A stretch of 64,000 bases of DNA. Source: Macrostomum hystrix. Lineage: Eukaryota > Animalia > Platyhelminthes. The stretch spans positions 12,772,001 through 12,836,000 of the forward strand of contig CATNEN010000039.1 in NCBI GenBank assembly GCA_950097015.1, written 5' to 3'. Below, piece by piece: positions 12,301 through 24,312 of this stretch. Under the pieces are notes generated by a model. The model searched no databases and had not been told where the DNA came from. It saw nothing but the letters and a program-made list of their open reading frames with translations. Positions within the stretch are counted from its first letter, which is position 1. Each line of letters starts with the position of its first letter. The translations under genes and the position numbers were made by a program.

Positions 12301-15300
12301 ACCCTTTGGAGCCCCATCTTCAGACCCCACCTCTCTACAATCCCACCTTTAGACCCCACCCTTTGGAGCCCCATCTTCAGACCCCACCTCTCTACAATCC
12401 CACCTTTAGACCCCACCCTTTGGAGCCCCATCTTCAGACCCCACCTCTCTACAATCCCACCTTTAGACCCCACCCTTTGGAGTCCCACCATCAGACCCCA
12501 CCTCTCTACAATCCCACCTTTAGACCCCACCCTTTGGAGCCCCATCTTCAGACCCCACCTCTATACAATCGCACCTTCAGACCCCACCCTTTGCGATCCC
12601 ACCTTCAGATCCCACACTTTGCAGTCCCATATTCAAACCCCACACTTTGAACCCCACCTTACTGTCCTACTCTCACACTGCTCAGGGCCCCAGCCCGGGA
12701 CAGAGTCAGCAGCATAGCGTGGCGCCACAGCCGCCTAATCAGCAGCACCCAGGCCTTACGTCCCGCTCAGCGCAGCATCAGCAGCAGCAGCAACAGCAGC
12801 ATCCTCAGCTGGCTAAGGTGGATCACGAGTACTGGGCTCACGCCAATGAGACTCTGGGCTGCTACAGGCGCAGTGTGTTGCGCGAGATCGCAAGCCACCA
12901 GGCCACACCGTTCCCATGTCGCCTGGAGCTCTACTTCAACAGCGACTGCTTGGAGCCCGCTGAGGCCGATCGTCGCCTGCTGGTTGAACTGGGTATCGGA
13001 GACTTGGCCATCCTGACTGGCAAACTACTGCCTGCGGCTGCCCAGCAACCGCCTAACAACCTGGCCAGCTCGCCTGACAGCAGCTCGGGTAGCTCCGTTG
13101 ACGGTGGCTCGCCTAGGCAGCAGCAGCAGCAGCAACAGCAGCAGGCGCCGCTTCACCAGCTGCCTCTGGACGTGGTCCCAGCCGCATCGGAGGCGTGCCT
13201 ACCCGGCGTGATCATGTCGGGCGATATGCACCCGGATCTGGCCAGCTTCCTGTTTAGCCTGGCTGATCTGGGATCAGAGCTGGACCTTCCCGGCCTGCGC
13301 CAGGGCGTTCGCGACCTCCTAGACCTCATGCCTCCGCATCATCGCCAGGTGCAGCTGCTTCGCTCGCTGTGCTCCGATTCTGGCTCGGGGCCTGATCAGC
13401 TGAGGGACGCCCTATTCGATAAGGCTGGCCCTAGCGAGCTGCTGTACAATGCCCAGGTGCTCTACAGCCTGCTGTTCCCCGCCAGTGAGACAGTCTGTCC
13501 CGACAGTCAGCGCCTACTGTTGCAGTTTGTTCAACGCGGCGGTGTTGGCATCCTTCTGGAAGCCTTCACCCGCACCAACTACCTGGCTGGGTCCGATCTG
13601 CCCACTAGAAAGCTAATTCACCTCTGGCTAGTTCGCCTAACCAAGCTGCTGCTCACTACAGTGGCCTGCGCACTGATCTTTGCTCTGCAAACTGGCGATC
13701 CTCAGCTGCTGCCGCCACAGCTAGCTGGCACAGCTCGAATACTCATCAGCAGCATTCAATATACGCCGCATAATCTGCGAGATTTCCTACTCAAACAACA
13801 TTGTTACAGAGTGGCGCGCGAGTCCACCAGAGATCTGTGCGAGTCACGCCTACTCAAACAGGACCTGCCGGCCTTGGCGTCAACCGAGGCTGTCACCGCG
13901 GTTGCCAGGCTGGCTTGGGCTAGCGCTGCTCACGCTGTCAACCTCGCATCTCCAGCCGGCTCGCCCGACGAGGTCCACGCCTCCATGGAGGCCCTAGCCA
14001 GCTCGGAACCGGATGTTGCAAGCCTGCTAGCCCTGCCTGATAGGGAACTGGCCGTGCTGAGCCTCGAGTTATTGTCGCTCTACCTGTCTGTAAGTCTGCT
14101 GTGATTGGCTGATAGTCTGAGTATGTTATAGCGATGATAGCATACGGTTTTCAGCTGCTGAAGGTTTTCGATATGAGATTTTAGAAGGATGGTTATAATA
14201 ATTAATATTTGCAGGAGGGCTGTGGGCAATGGCACATCATTTGATGACACTAGACAATTCTGCCCGTTGCGCTGACTCCTGAGCACACGCGCACACAGAT
14301 ACCTGCCACTCATCTCCTGATTTCAAGATGATAGCCGTACACTAGAAATGTCTTGAGAAAACGATCAAGTTGTTGAAAATGAATTGCGCAATTCGATGAC
14401 GCAATTATGAATTGATAATTGTACTCCACAATGAACACTTCTCAGGTCAACCCGTCAGCCGTTGATGCATTGTGCCGCGAGCGCCACTGGCAGACATTCA
14501 TTACAGACGCCCTGATTCTCTGCCCTCTATCGGAGGTCCGTGACAGCGCCCGTGAGCAATTCGCCATCATTGCCACCCGCTGCTCCCAGGAGACCAGACC
14601 GCTGCTGTTCTTCACCACCCTGCTGTTCACTCAGCTCAACCAGCTGGTTAAGAAGCATGAGCGACAGAGCTTGGAATGCTTTCTGCTGCTGGAGACGCTG
14701 CTTTCAAGCTGTCACGAACGCGGCTGTCAGTTTAACAATGCCGAGAAACTCCTAGCCAATGAGATTGCTTGGCTCAAGGCTGTCAAGGAGGCGCAGGTGC
14801 CCTGCGATGAGAACCTGCTGCAGGTGAGGACATGTAGTAGATTGTGGAATGCAAAAATACAACTTGGGCTTTAGTGTACTTTAATGGATTATAATTAAAT
14901 TAATAATGGATTGTCATAAGTTTCAATAGATTGTGGTGGATTTTAATAGATTATCGTATATGAGTATTTTAATTGACTATCATGGATTTTAGCTCGTAAA
15001 TACATTGTAATGGATTTTCGTATATTTAAAATGGATTGTTGTGGATTTTTATGGATTGTCGTTGATTTTGATGGATTGTCGAGGATTTTGATGGATTGTC
15101 GAGGATTTTGATGGATTGTCGAGGATTTTGATGGATTGTCGAGGATTTTGATGGATTGTCGAGGATTTCGATGGATTGTGGAGGATTTCGATGGATTGTC
15201 GACGATTTTGATGGATTGTCGTGGATTTTATTGGGTTGTCGTGGATTTTGATGGATTGTCGAGGATTTTGATGGATTGTCGACGATTTTCATGGATTGTC

Positions 15301-18300
15301 CACGATTTAGATGGATTGTCGTGGATTTTATTGGGTTGTCGTGGATTTTGATGGATTGTCGTGGATTTTTTTGGATTGTCGTGGATTTTGATGGATTGTC
15401 AGGGATTTGAATAATCTATGCTTGTAGTCTATAATTGATGATTGTATAATGAATGAGTGCTGTGACATGATTATGGCTGTGGTTATCAGCTGTAAACAGT
15501 CAGTTGCATCGTGATCAAAGCCCCAATTTCATGCTCTGTCACAGGGCCATCTGCGAGTCTGCAAAGAGTTGGTTCGATTCGCTCGCTCCCGTCGTCGCCA
15601 TCTTGGCAGCGAGCCGGGCGGTCCCCAGCTGATTGTTGACCTAATTGAGGACTTCCTGTTCCCAGCATCCAAGTTCATCTTGGACCAGTCGCTGACGCAG
15701 TCCACGGTGCCTCTGTGCCAGTCGCAGCCTGCCTGTCAGGGCGCATTCGACCTTATCGTGGCCCTCTGCACCGACTGTCTGGAGAATCTGCAGTGCCTCA
15801 CCGATCGCCTGGTGCGCATGTACTACGCAGACGGAGCTGCTCTGCCAACCTGCGAATGGGAATACCTGCCTCCAGTGAATGCCCGGCCTCCTGAAGGCTT
15901 TGTCGGCTTGAAGAATGCCGGCGCCACCTGCTATATGAACTCCGTCATCCAGCAGCTCTTCATGATACATCCGGTGCGCAATGCCATCTTGTCCGTGGAC
16001 ACCGGCAGTGACTACCTCTGTTTAGAAGAGGACGATCAGCAGCAGCATCCGCCATTGCAGCTTCAACAGCAGCAGCAGCAGCAGAAGCCACACCAGGCAG
16101 ATTACAATGTGACACTGTTGCAGCACGTGCAGGCACTATTCGGCCAGCTCGCCTGCTCCAAGCTGCAGTTCTACGCCCCGCGCGGCTTCTGGAGCCACTT
16201 CCGACTCTGGGGCGAGCCCGTCAACCTGCGGGAGCAGCATGATGCCTTGGAGTTCTTCAATTGCCTGGTCGACGGACTGGACGAGGCTATGAAGACTCTG
16301 GGACAGCCTAAGATTATCGAGAAGGTGCGCCTAATTTATTCTCAGATCCCATAATCTCCCATATTCTCAGATCCCATAATCTCCCATATTCTCAGATCCC
16401 ATAATCTCCCATATTCTCAGATCCCATAATCTCCCATATTCTCAGATCCCATAATCTCCTATATTCTCAGATCCCATAATCTCCCATATTCTCAGATCCC
16501 ATAATCTCCTATATTCTCAGATCCCATAATCTCCTATATTCTCAGATCCCATAATCTCCCATATTCTCAGATCCCATAATCTCCTATATTCTCAGATCCC
16601 ATAATCTCCCATATTCTCAGATCCCATAATCTCCCATATTCTCAGATCCCATAATCTCCCATATTCTCAGATCCCATAATCTACCATATTCTCAGATCCC
16701 ATAATCTCCCATATTCTCAGATCCCATAATCTCCCATATTCTCAGATCCCATAATCTCCCATATTCTCAGATCCCATAATCTCCCATATTCTCAGATCCC
16801 ATAATCTACCATATTCTCAGATCCCATAATCTCCCATATTCTCAGATCCCATAATCTACCATATTCTCAGATCCCATAATCTCCCATATTCTCAGATCCC
16901 ATAATCTCCCATATTCTCAGATCCCATAATCTCCTATATTCTCAGATCCCATAATCTCCCATATTCTCAGATCCCATAATCTCCCATATTCTCAGATCCC
17001 ATAATCTCCCATATTCTCAGATCCCATAATCTCCCATATTCTCAGATCCCATAATCTCCCATATTCTCAGATCCCATAATCTCCCATATTCTCAGATCCC
17101 ATAATCTCCCATATTCTCAGATCCCATAATCTCCCATATTCTCAGATCCCATAATCTCCCATATTCTCAGATCCCATAATCTCCCATATTCTCAGATCCC
17201 ATAATCTTCCATATTCTCAGATCCCATAATCTCCCATATTCTCAGATCCCATAATCTACCATATTCTCAGATCCCATAATCTCCCATATTCTCAGATCCC
17301 ATAATCTACCATATTCTCAGATCCCATAATCTCCCATATTCTCAGATCCCATAATCTCCCATATTCTCAGATCCCATAATCTCCTATATTCTCAGATCCC
17401 ATAATCTCCCATATTCTCAGATCCCATAATCTCCCATATTCTCAGATCCCATAATCTCCCATATTCTCAGATCCCATAATCTCCCATATTCTCAGATCCC
17501 ATAATCTCCCATATTCTCAGATCCCATAATCTCCCATATTCTCAGATCCCATAATCTCCTATATTCTCAGATCCCATAATCTCCCATATTCTCAGATCCC
17601 ATAATCTCCCATATTCTCAGATCCCATAATCTCCCATATTCTCAGATATATGCTCTCATATATTTTCCACGGTTTCCTACCTGATCTCGCCACCTGCCCA
17701 GGTGCTCGGAGGCACATTCGCCGACCAGAAGATCTGCAAGGACTGCCCGCACCGCTACTCCCGGGAGGAGCCGTTCACCATTCTGAACATCGACATTCGC
17801 AACCACGGCAACCTGCTGGAATCGCTGGAGCAGTACGTCAAAGGCGACCTGCTGGAAGGCGACAACGCCTACCTGTGCGAGAAGTGCAACAAGAAGGTCG
17901 ACACAGTCAAGCGGCTCTGCATCAAGAAGCTGCCATCGATCCTGGCTATCCAGTTGAAGCGCTTCGACTACGACTGGGAGAAGGATGTGGCCGTGAAGTT
18001 TAACGATCATTTTGAATTCCCGCGCCAGGTGGACATGGAACCCTACACTGTGCGCGGCTTGGCCAAGCTCGAGGGCGAGACCATCGAGGAGGACGGCGGC
18101 GGCGTCGGCACAGACGATGCCAGGCCCGATTCGGACGAAGCTTCGCCCTCGTCGACAAAGTACCGGCTGGTGGGCGTTGTGGTGCACAGCGGGCAGGCCA
18201 CTGGTGGCCACTACTATTCCTACATTCTGCACAGAAGCCGCGACGGCTCCGAGAAGTGGTACAAATTCGACGACAACGAAGTGTTCGAATACAAGCTTGA

Positions 18301-20814
18301 AGACGACGAGGAGCTGAAATCACAGTGCTTCGGCGGCCTGTACGTTGGCGAAGTGTACGACCACATGATTCGCAAGATGCAGATGCGCAAGCAGAACCGC
18401 TGGTGGAATGCCTACATACTGTTTTACGAGCGGCTGGACTTTCCAACATCAGAGGCGGTTGTCACCCTCACGAAGTCATTCAGCGACCTGAGCCTCACCG
18501 ATCCGTCCAACACTCGCCTGCCCAGCTCCATTGATCGGTTGGTCAGGCGCCAGAACCTGCTGTTCATGCACAACAAGGCCCAGTTCTCGCCTGAGTACTT
18601 TAACTTTGTCAAGACTCTGGTTAGGGAAAATGCGCCACCACAGCAGCAGCAGGAGCAGCAGGACATCCGCCAGACTGAGGAACTGTCTATCTGCTGTCTC
18701 AGGCTGGCGGTTCGATTCCTGTTCTCCGTGGGCTTGCGCGCCAAGAAGCTGCTTCGCGGCCAGCCCAGTGACTGGTTGGACATTATCGCCGCTCACCTGC
18801 GCGTGTCGCCAAAGGTGCGCAATTACTTTGCCAAGGAGGCCTTCTTTGATCATCCGGGCCGATTCTGCGAGTACCTGTTGGAGTGCCCGGCCTCCGATGT
18901 GCGCAGCTTTTTCGCTCGACTGGTTGTCTGCTGCGCACACTTGAGCTCTGAGGACGGGCCCTGTCCCGACTGGGCAGTCAGCAACCTGTACCCGGACCCT
19001 GCCAACAGACCCGTCATGACCTGCGCTGAGCTACTGCTGTGGTCTGTGCTGCACCTGCTCAAACGGGAAGTTAGCGAGCACGGCCGCCACCTGCCGCAGT
19101 ACTTCTACCTGTTCCACTGCTACCTGAGAGGCGGCGAGCCTCCTCAGCAGCAGCAGCCGGCGTCGTCTGCCGCGCGCGGCGTCGGCGTACTCGAACGTCG
19201 ACACCTGCTTAACCTGCGCGTGCCCTACTACTTCCTGCAGCTGGTCACCGAAGAGGGCGGTGTGTGCCCGCCAGTGAAATACCAGTACGCCGAATTCGGC
19301 AAGCTGTTCTCAGTTGTGTCCATCCTCATCCGTTGCTATGACACCCTGCCACACTGCGAGACCGTGGACCAGCGTCAGCCAGCCGAACCCAATCCCTTTC
19401 TGGACGAGCGCCTGGCCGGCCGCCCGCTTGCCAACCTGCCCGCCGACCTGGCCGGCATGCTGTACAAGGCGCCACAGAATCGCCTCATCAAAAAGATGCT
19501 GGACGATGGCAATGCGTCAAATCCGGATGTTGTCTCTCTGATCCTGTTCTTATCCTGGGAGAATTCCACATTCTCCCAGCTGGTGATTATTGAGATCATC
19601 TGGTTTATTAACTACACCTATTCAAATGAGCTGCGGCCTTACCTTGACCTGTTACTGGAGTTCCTGCTTATCGAAGACAGCTGGCAGAAGCAGCGCATTC
19701 ACAATGCCCTGCTAGGCCATCGGGACACAGACGGTCTGTTCGACACCTTCAACACCTGCAAAGCGCACCAACAGAAGCGCAGCTACCAGTGCTTCAAGTT
19801 GGTCACCCGGCTGCTGGAGCGCTGCCAAGCCGCCGAAGAACTTCTTAGCAGCGATGCCAACATGATGAAGCAGTACAAACGAGCTGTAGATTGGCTCAAC
19901 GATGAGCTTGACCGACGACCGCCGTCATATTATACTGCCGCTGCCGCTGCGGCTGCTGCCACCAGCGGTGGGGCCGCCGCAGCTGCAGCCGCCGCCGTTG
20001 CCGCCTGTCAAGCCAGCAACGAGACAAGCTCCGGGTACTATATCGAGCGAACCAATTCAGCCAGGAGTACGCTGGAGCGGGCCGACAACTTCCTGCTCAA
20101 ATTTGTAAGAACCCGCATTCAGGCTAGAACCGCTCAGCTTCAGGCTAGAACCCCTCAGCTTCAGGCTAGAACCCCTCAGCTTCAGGTTAGAACCCCAGGC
20201 TTGAACCCTTTAGCTTCAGGCTAGGAACACTCAGCTTCAGGCTAGGAACACTCAGCTTCAGGCTAGGAACACTCAGCTTCAGGCTAGGAACACTCAGCTT
20301 CAGGCTAGGAACACAGCTTCAGGCTAGGAACACTCAGCTTCATGCTAGGAACACTCAGCTTCAGGCTAGGAACACTCAGCTTCATGCTAGGAACACTCAG
20401 CTTCATGCTAGGAACACTCAGCTTCAGGCTAGGAACACTCAGCTTCAGGCTAGGAACACTCAGCTTCAGGCTAGGAACACTCAGCTTCATGCTAGGAACA
20501 CTCAGCTTCAGGCTAGGAACACTCAGCTTCAGGCTAGGAACACTCAGCTTCAGGCTAGGAACACTCAGCTTCAGGCTAGGAACACTCAGCTTCAGGCTAA
20601 GAACACTCAGCTTCAGGCTAGGAACACTCAGCTTCAGGCTAGGAACACTCAGCTTCAGGCTAGGAACACTCAGCTTCATGCTAGGAACACTCAGCTTCAG
20701 GCTAGGAACACTCAGCTTCAGGCTATGCCCGCATTTGCGCACAATTTTACCAACGCAGACTCAGGACTCAGACGAGGCCACGTCACCAGAAGAGCCGCGG
20801 ACGCCGCCGCCACC

Positions 20815-20856
<42 letters not shown>

Positions 20857-21160
20857 AACATCCACCAGACACTACAGACCGTCGGGCGTGGATCCGACAG
20901 GCCCTCCACCACCGCCGCCGCCGCCGCCGCCAGCCAGCGACGAAGCTTACGATGTTGAATCCGCCGACACTCCGTCACCGCCGCCGCCCTCCGTGCCGCA
21001 GACGACCGAGACTGTCATCGACGAGGTTGTGAACCTGTCCGGGCCAAGCAGGGCTTTCAATGTCGCTGAGCCGGATGCGACACTTGAGCTGACGACGGGC
21101 ACTTCAGCAGCGACAACATCTGCAACAACCACAAGCAGCAACACCACTTCTAGCATGTGA
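6383..21160 (+). CDS. USP9X: Ubiquitin C-terminal hydrolase USP9X/fat facets ortholog, about 2772 aa. Exons: 6383-6569, 6902-7698, 8298-8701, 9243-9750, 10200-10319, 10423-10567, 10665-10876, 11453-12031, 12686-14089, 14446-14823, 15545-16324, 17702-20104, 20759-21160
   Basis: All introns are GT-AG with consistent phases; the summed CDS is 8319 nt, divisible by 3. USP9-specific segments: [47 protein letters not shown]. Cys box [13 protein letters not shown] (about 15905-15945) and His box [14 protein letters not shown] (about 18182-18223). Confidence 0.95.
6661..6850 (-). mobile_element. tRNA-derived SINE, family A copy (USP9X intron 1)
   Basis: The reverse strand has a degenerate tRNA head with B box GAGTTCGATTC, then GTGGCGG and the family palindrome CCAGTCCATGGACTGG (6665-6680). 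Confidence 0.6.
7960..8194. repeat. Intronic minisatellite with alternating 25/24-bp units (49-bp dimer), GAGTTTGGGATTT core
   Basis: GAGTTTGGGATTTCAATCAAAGATT alternates with GAGTTTGGGATTTTAATCTGAAAT. Confidence 0.85.
8727..9204. repeat. 31-bp tandem array in USP9X intron 3 (about 15 copies)
   Basis: Unit CAATATTYAGGTCATTGGCTCATTTCASCAT. Confidence 0.95.
9797..9915 (+). mobile_element. tRNA-derived SINE, family A copy (USP9X intron 4); further partial copies at 10040-10095(-), 10908-11030(+), 43575-43630(-)
   Basis: A box TAGTGCAGTGG (9804) and B box GAGTTCGAA (9847), then GTGGCG and the palindrome TCAGTCCATGGACTGA (9887-9902). Confidence 0.65.
11167..11390. repeat. 45-46-bp tandem array (5 copies), USP9X intron 7
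   Basis: Unit ATGCTTGCTACTGTCAGTAGAGCAGTGTTTATCATCGCAACTAAAA. Confidence 0.95.
12120..12620. repeat. 60-bp tandem array (about 8 copies), USP9X intron 8
   Basis: Unit built from AGACCCCACC subrepeats; it produces the spurious [22 protein letters not shown]. Confidence 0.95.
14216..14308 (-). mobile_element. 3' fragment of SINE family B (homologous to 63155-63281)
   Basis: The reverse complement GGTATCTGTGTG...CAGGAGTCAGCGCAACGGGCAGAAT...TGTCATCAAATGATGTGCCATTGCCCACAGCC matches 63158-63281. Confidence 0.7.
15030..15410. repeat. 20-bp tandem array, USP9X intron 10 (degenerate precursors from about 14880)
   Basis: Unit GAGGATTTTGATGGATTGTC. Confidence 0.95.
16339..17646. repeat. 25-bp tandem array (about 52 copies) filling USP9X intron 11
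   Basis: Unit ATATTCTCAGATCCCATAATCTCCC. Confidence 0.98.
20118..20724. repeat. 21-bp tandem array filling USP9X intron 12
   Basis: Unit TTCAGGCTAGGAACACTCAGC. Confidence 0.97.
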
Positions 21161-22839
21161 TTTCAAAGTGTCTGAAAAGCATAGCTTAGAACGGACTCCC
21201 ACCGGGCATTATCCGCTGACTGCCCCGCTTTCCTGTGTTTCCTGCGTCTAATGGGCTCTCACATTTCTGTCTCTTTCAGTTGAGTTATTTTGTTATTCTG
21301 TTCTGCACAGAGACTGATGATTGCCGCAGACTACTTTGAATATAAATCCTAGATGTGTGAATTGTATCGCATAAATCTGATTATCTATTTCACATCTAAT
21401 TGCTGAGAGAATTCTTTTTTGTCTTATTAATTAATATATTGCCTTGCTTCAGACAGGGTTGCTTGTTGAGCATGTTGCGAATGAAAGGTAAGACAATTAT
21501 TTCAAATGAAACGGATTTCAACCCTGACTGATGTCTATATAAATATGAACTAATATATTCATTAAATTTCTATCTTTGATTATCTGTCCCAGTGACGTCA
21601 CTCAATCCATGCCCCTTGACATTGCTAGCGTTTCAAGCATTCTTGTTGTGCGGGTCTCCGCTTTTTTGGTTTGTTCTCTTTATTCTTTAATCTTCAAGAA
21701 TTTTTTGTTGTTTTTTGTTGATAGATAACAATAATAGCACTCACATCCGCTTGGCCTACTCAGCCGAGTCTTGAATAAGTAGTAGCGTAGCGATTTTATC
21801 TTCAATTATTCGTTTTCTGGGTCGCTTAGTTGGGAAACATAGGTAAACTCGCTTGTCGATTGTACATCATTGGCCCCACCAGTCTTATTCATATTTTAAC
21901 CATTTACTGAATCAACATTGCCTAAATCTAACTTTATTGTTTTTAAGTTTGTTTATCTATTGTCTTACTCTAGTGGCTTTCGACCCCCATTGCGCCCCTT
22001 TTTATTGATGAATTAAAACAAAAATCATTCATAGCTCTGAAAGTCTAGAAACTTTTCTCTTTCTCTTCACAAATTCAGTGTCAATAATAATTTATAATTA
22101 GCTATTTCGGAAATTCTTTAACGCCTGGCTTTGCGATTTTACTAAATAATTCTGCTCCTCATTGATGCCTACATTCATACATATATATATTTATTTATAT
22201 ATTTATATCCAGATTTTGTTTTAATGAGCCGCGCTGTAGACACAATGTCAGCTATTAAGCCGCATCTGAGCTGATGGCCCAACTACACAATAGATTTTCT
22301 AAAACTGGTTGCTGTGAGGCAATGCGACCCGGAAACAGCAACGCACTATTCTGTGTTCATTGATTGATCAATTGATTTGTTGATTCGATCGATTCCCAAC
22401 GCCGCCCCGGTCTTCTTGTTTCTGTCCTTTTTTTCTCCCGGCAGTTTGTGCTTCTCACTTCAACTTGCGTTGCCTGTCCTTCTAGTGACCTTCGCCCCCA
22501 TCGCGCTATACAATAACAAATGAAAGCGTCATGATAAACAGCCTTAAACCAGCCACCCACTGATAATTTGCCTACTTTCGCTGTCTCTTCTTTAACAAAG
22601 CCGTCATCGGTTCAATTTTCACAGAAAATTGTGTTCCAACAAATTATGGAAAATCTAACTTAACCTTGATAATGTACTTTCTTCTTGTTTGTTCTTTTGT
22701 TCTGTCCGAGACATGAACCGTACAGTATGCATTTTATAGCTCATTGGTACACTAGTAATTCAGATCAGATCAGATTTATCAACAATCCAGTACGGAACAA
22801 ACTTTGCAAATTTGCGAATTATAAAAACTATCAGGCTGT

Positions 22840-23165
22840 TTTTGGGAAATCGAAGGATAAATCGAATCAAATTTTTAGGAAATTAATTCAAAATTCTTAA
22901 AAATTCTGATTTTAGAAAACTTTGTTGAATTTCTAGGAACTCAAATATTTTCTCGTGAAAAACTGGGTAATATTTCTATGAAATAGTGTATGTTTTATAG
23001 GAAATGGACACTGATTTCTAAGATAAAAATATGATTTCTAGGAAATCGAATATGATTTCTAGGAAATCGAATATGATTTCTAGGAAATCGAGTCTGAATT
23101 CTAGCAAATGGAATTTGATTTCTAGGAATTCCAATCAGTTTCTAGAAAATCGAATCTGCTTTCGA
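22840..23165. repeat. Degenerate ~21-bp array
   Basis: Unit ATGATTTCTAGGAAATCGAAT; exact copies at about 23031-23090. Confidence 0.65.
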
Positions 23166-23739
23166 GGACTTTTAGCCAAGAAGCAAATAACTTTTTTTAT
23201 TAAAATTCGGTTTATATAAGAAGTAGTTCAGTCTTGAAGGCTGTTACATAATGCTTGGTTCAGTCTTGTGTTTGTCTTAAAAGCATATTGACTTGTAACC
23301 ACTGCGTTGCTACTTGGAAACCAAACAATGCGACAAGTCGAACAAAAAAACACCGGTAGGAGATTTTATGTGCTGAGTATTTAAAAAAACAGGGAAAGCA
23401 AAAAAATAATTAATTTTCTTCGCAATTATCGTCTGCCGCCGTCTCATTAGTAATTCAGTCAATAGGCGCTTTAGCACTGGCTGGGTGAGAGCCTGTAGGC
23501 TGTAACAAGGGCTATTGTTGTGCCAGGTGGTCGCACCCTGAAGTGCCGCACTCATCTCTCCCACTCTTTCTAGTTCGAGAGCTCTTAAAAATATCCTAGG
23601 CACTGCTCGGGTGTCGGCTGCTGGCAACAAAATCAGGTCTTGGCTTCGGGTTGGACGTTGGGATCGCCGTGGGACCAGACACCGAAGTCTCGAGATCTCG
23701 ACTTGTTTAATCCTAGAAAGTCTAATCAGAATCACATTG

Positions 23740-24312
23740 AATCAAATCCTGTTAGAAACCCATAGAAAATCCTGTTAGAATCCTATAAAAAATCTAGCTA
23801 GAAACCCATAAAAAATCCAGTTAGAATCCCATAAAAAATCCTGTTAGAATCCCATTGAAAATCCAGTTAGAATCCCATGGAAAATCCAGCTAGAATCCAA
23901 TGGAAAATGCTGTTAGAATTCCATAGAAAATCTAGCTAGAAACCCATAGAAAATCCAGTTAGAATCCCATTAAAAATGCTGTTAGAATCCCATGGAAAAT
24001 CCAGCTAGAATCCAATGGAAAACCCTGTTAGAATCCAATAGAAAACCCTGTTAAAATCCAATAGAAAACCCTGTTAGAATCCAATAGAAAACCCTGTTAA
24101 AATCCAATAGAAAACCCTGTTAGAATCCAATAGAAAACCCTGTTAGAATCCAATAGAAAACCCTGTTAGAATCCCATAGAAAACCCTGTTAGAATCCAAT
24201 AGAAAACCCTGTTAGAATCCAATAGAAAACCCTGTTAGAATCCCATAGAAAACCCTGTTAGAATCCAATAGAAAACCCTGTTAGAATCCAATAGAAAACC
24301 CTGTTAGAATCC
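23740..24312. repeat. 23-bp tandem array
   Basis: Unit TGTTAGAATCCAATAGAAAACCC. Confidence 0.95.

Noticed and set aside
6894-19599. Antisense and alternate-frame ORFs overlapping USP9X exons
   Set aside because: These are shadow ORFs expected from GC-rich codon usage and carry no recognisable motifs.
20105-20224. Alternative USP9X C-terminus by read-through into intron 12
   Set aside because: There is a strong GTAAGA donor and an in-phase downstream exon; the extension is repeat-derived.
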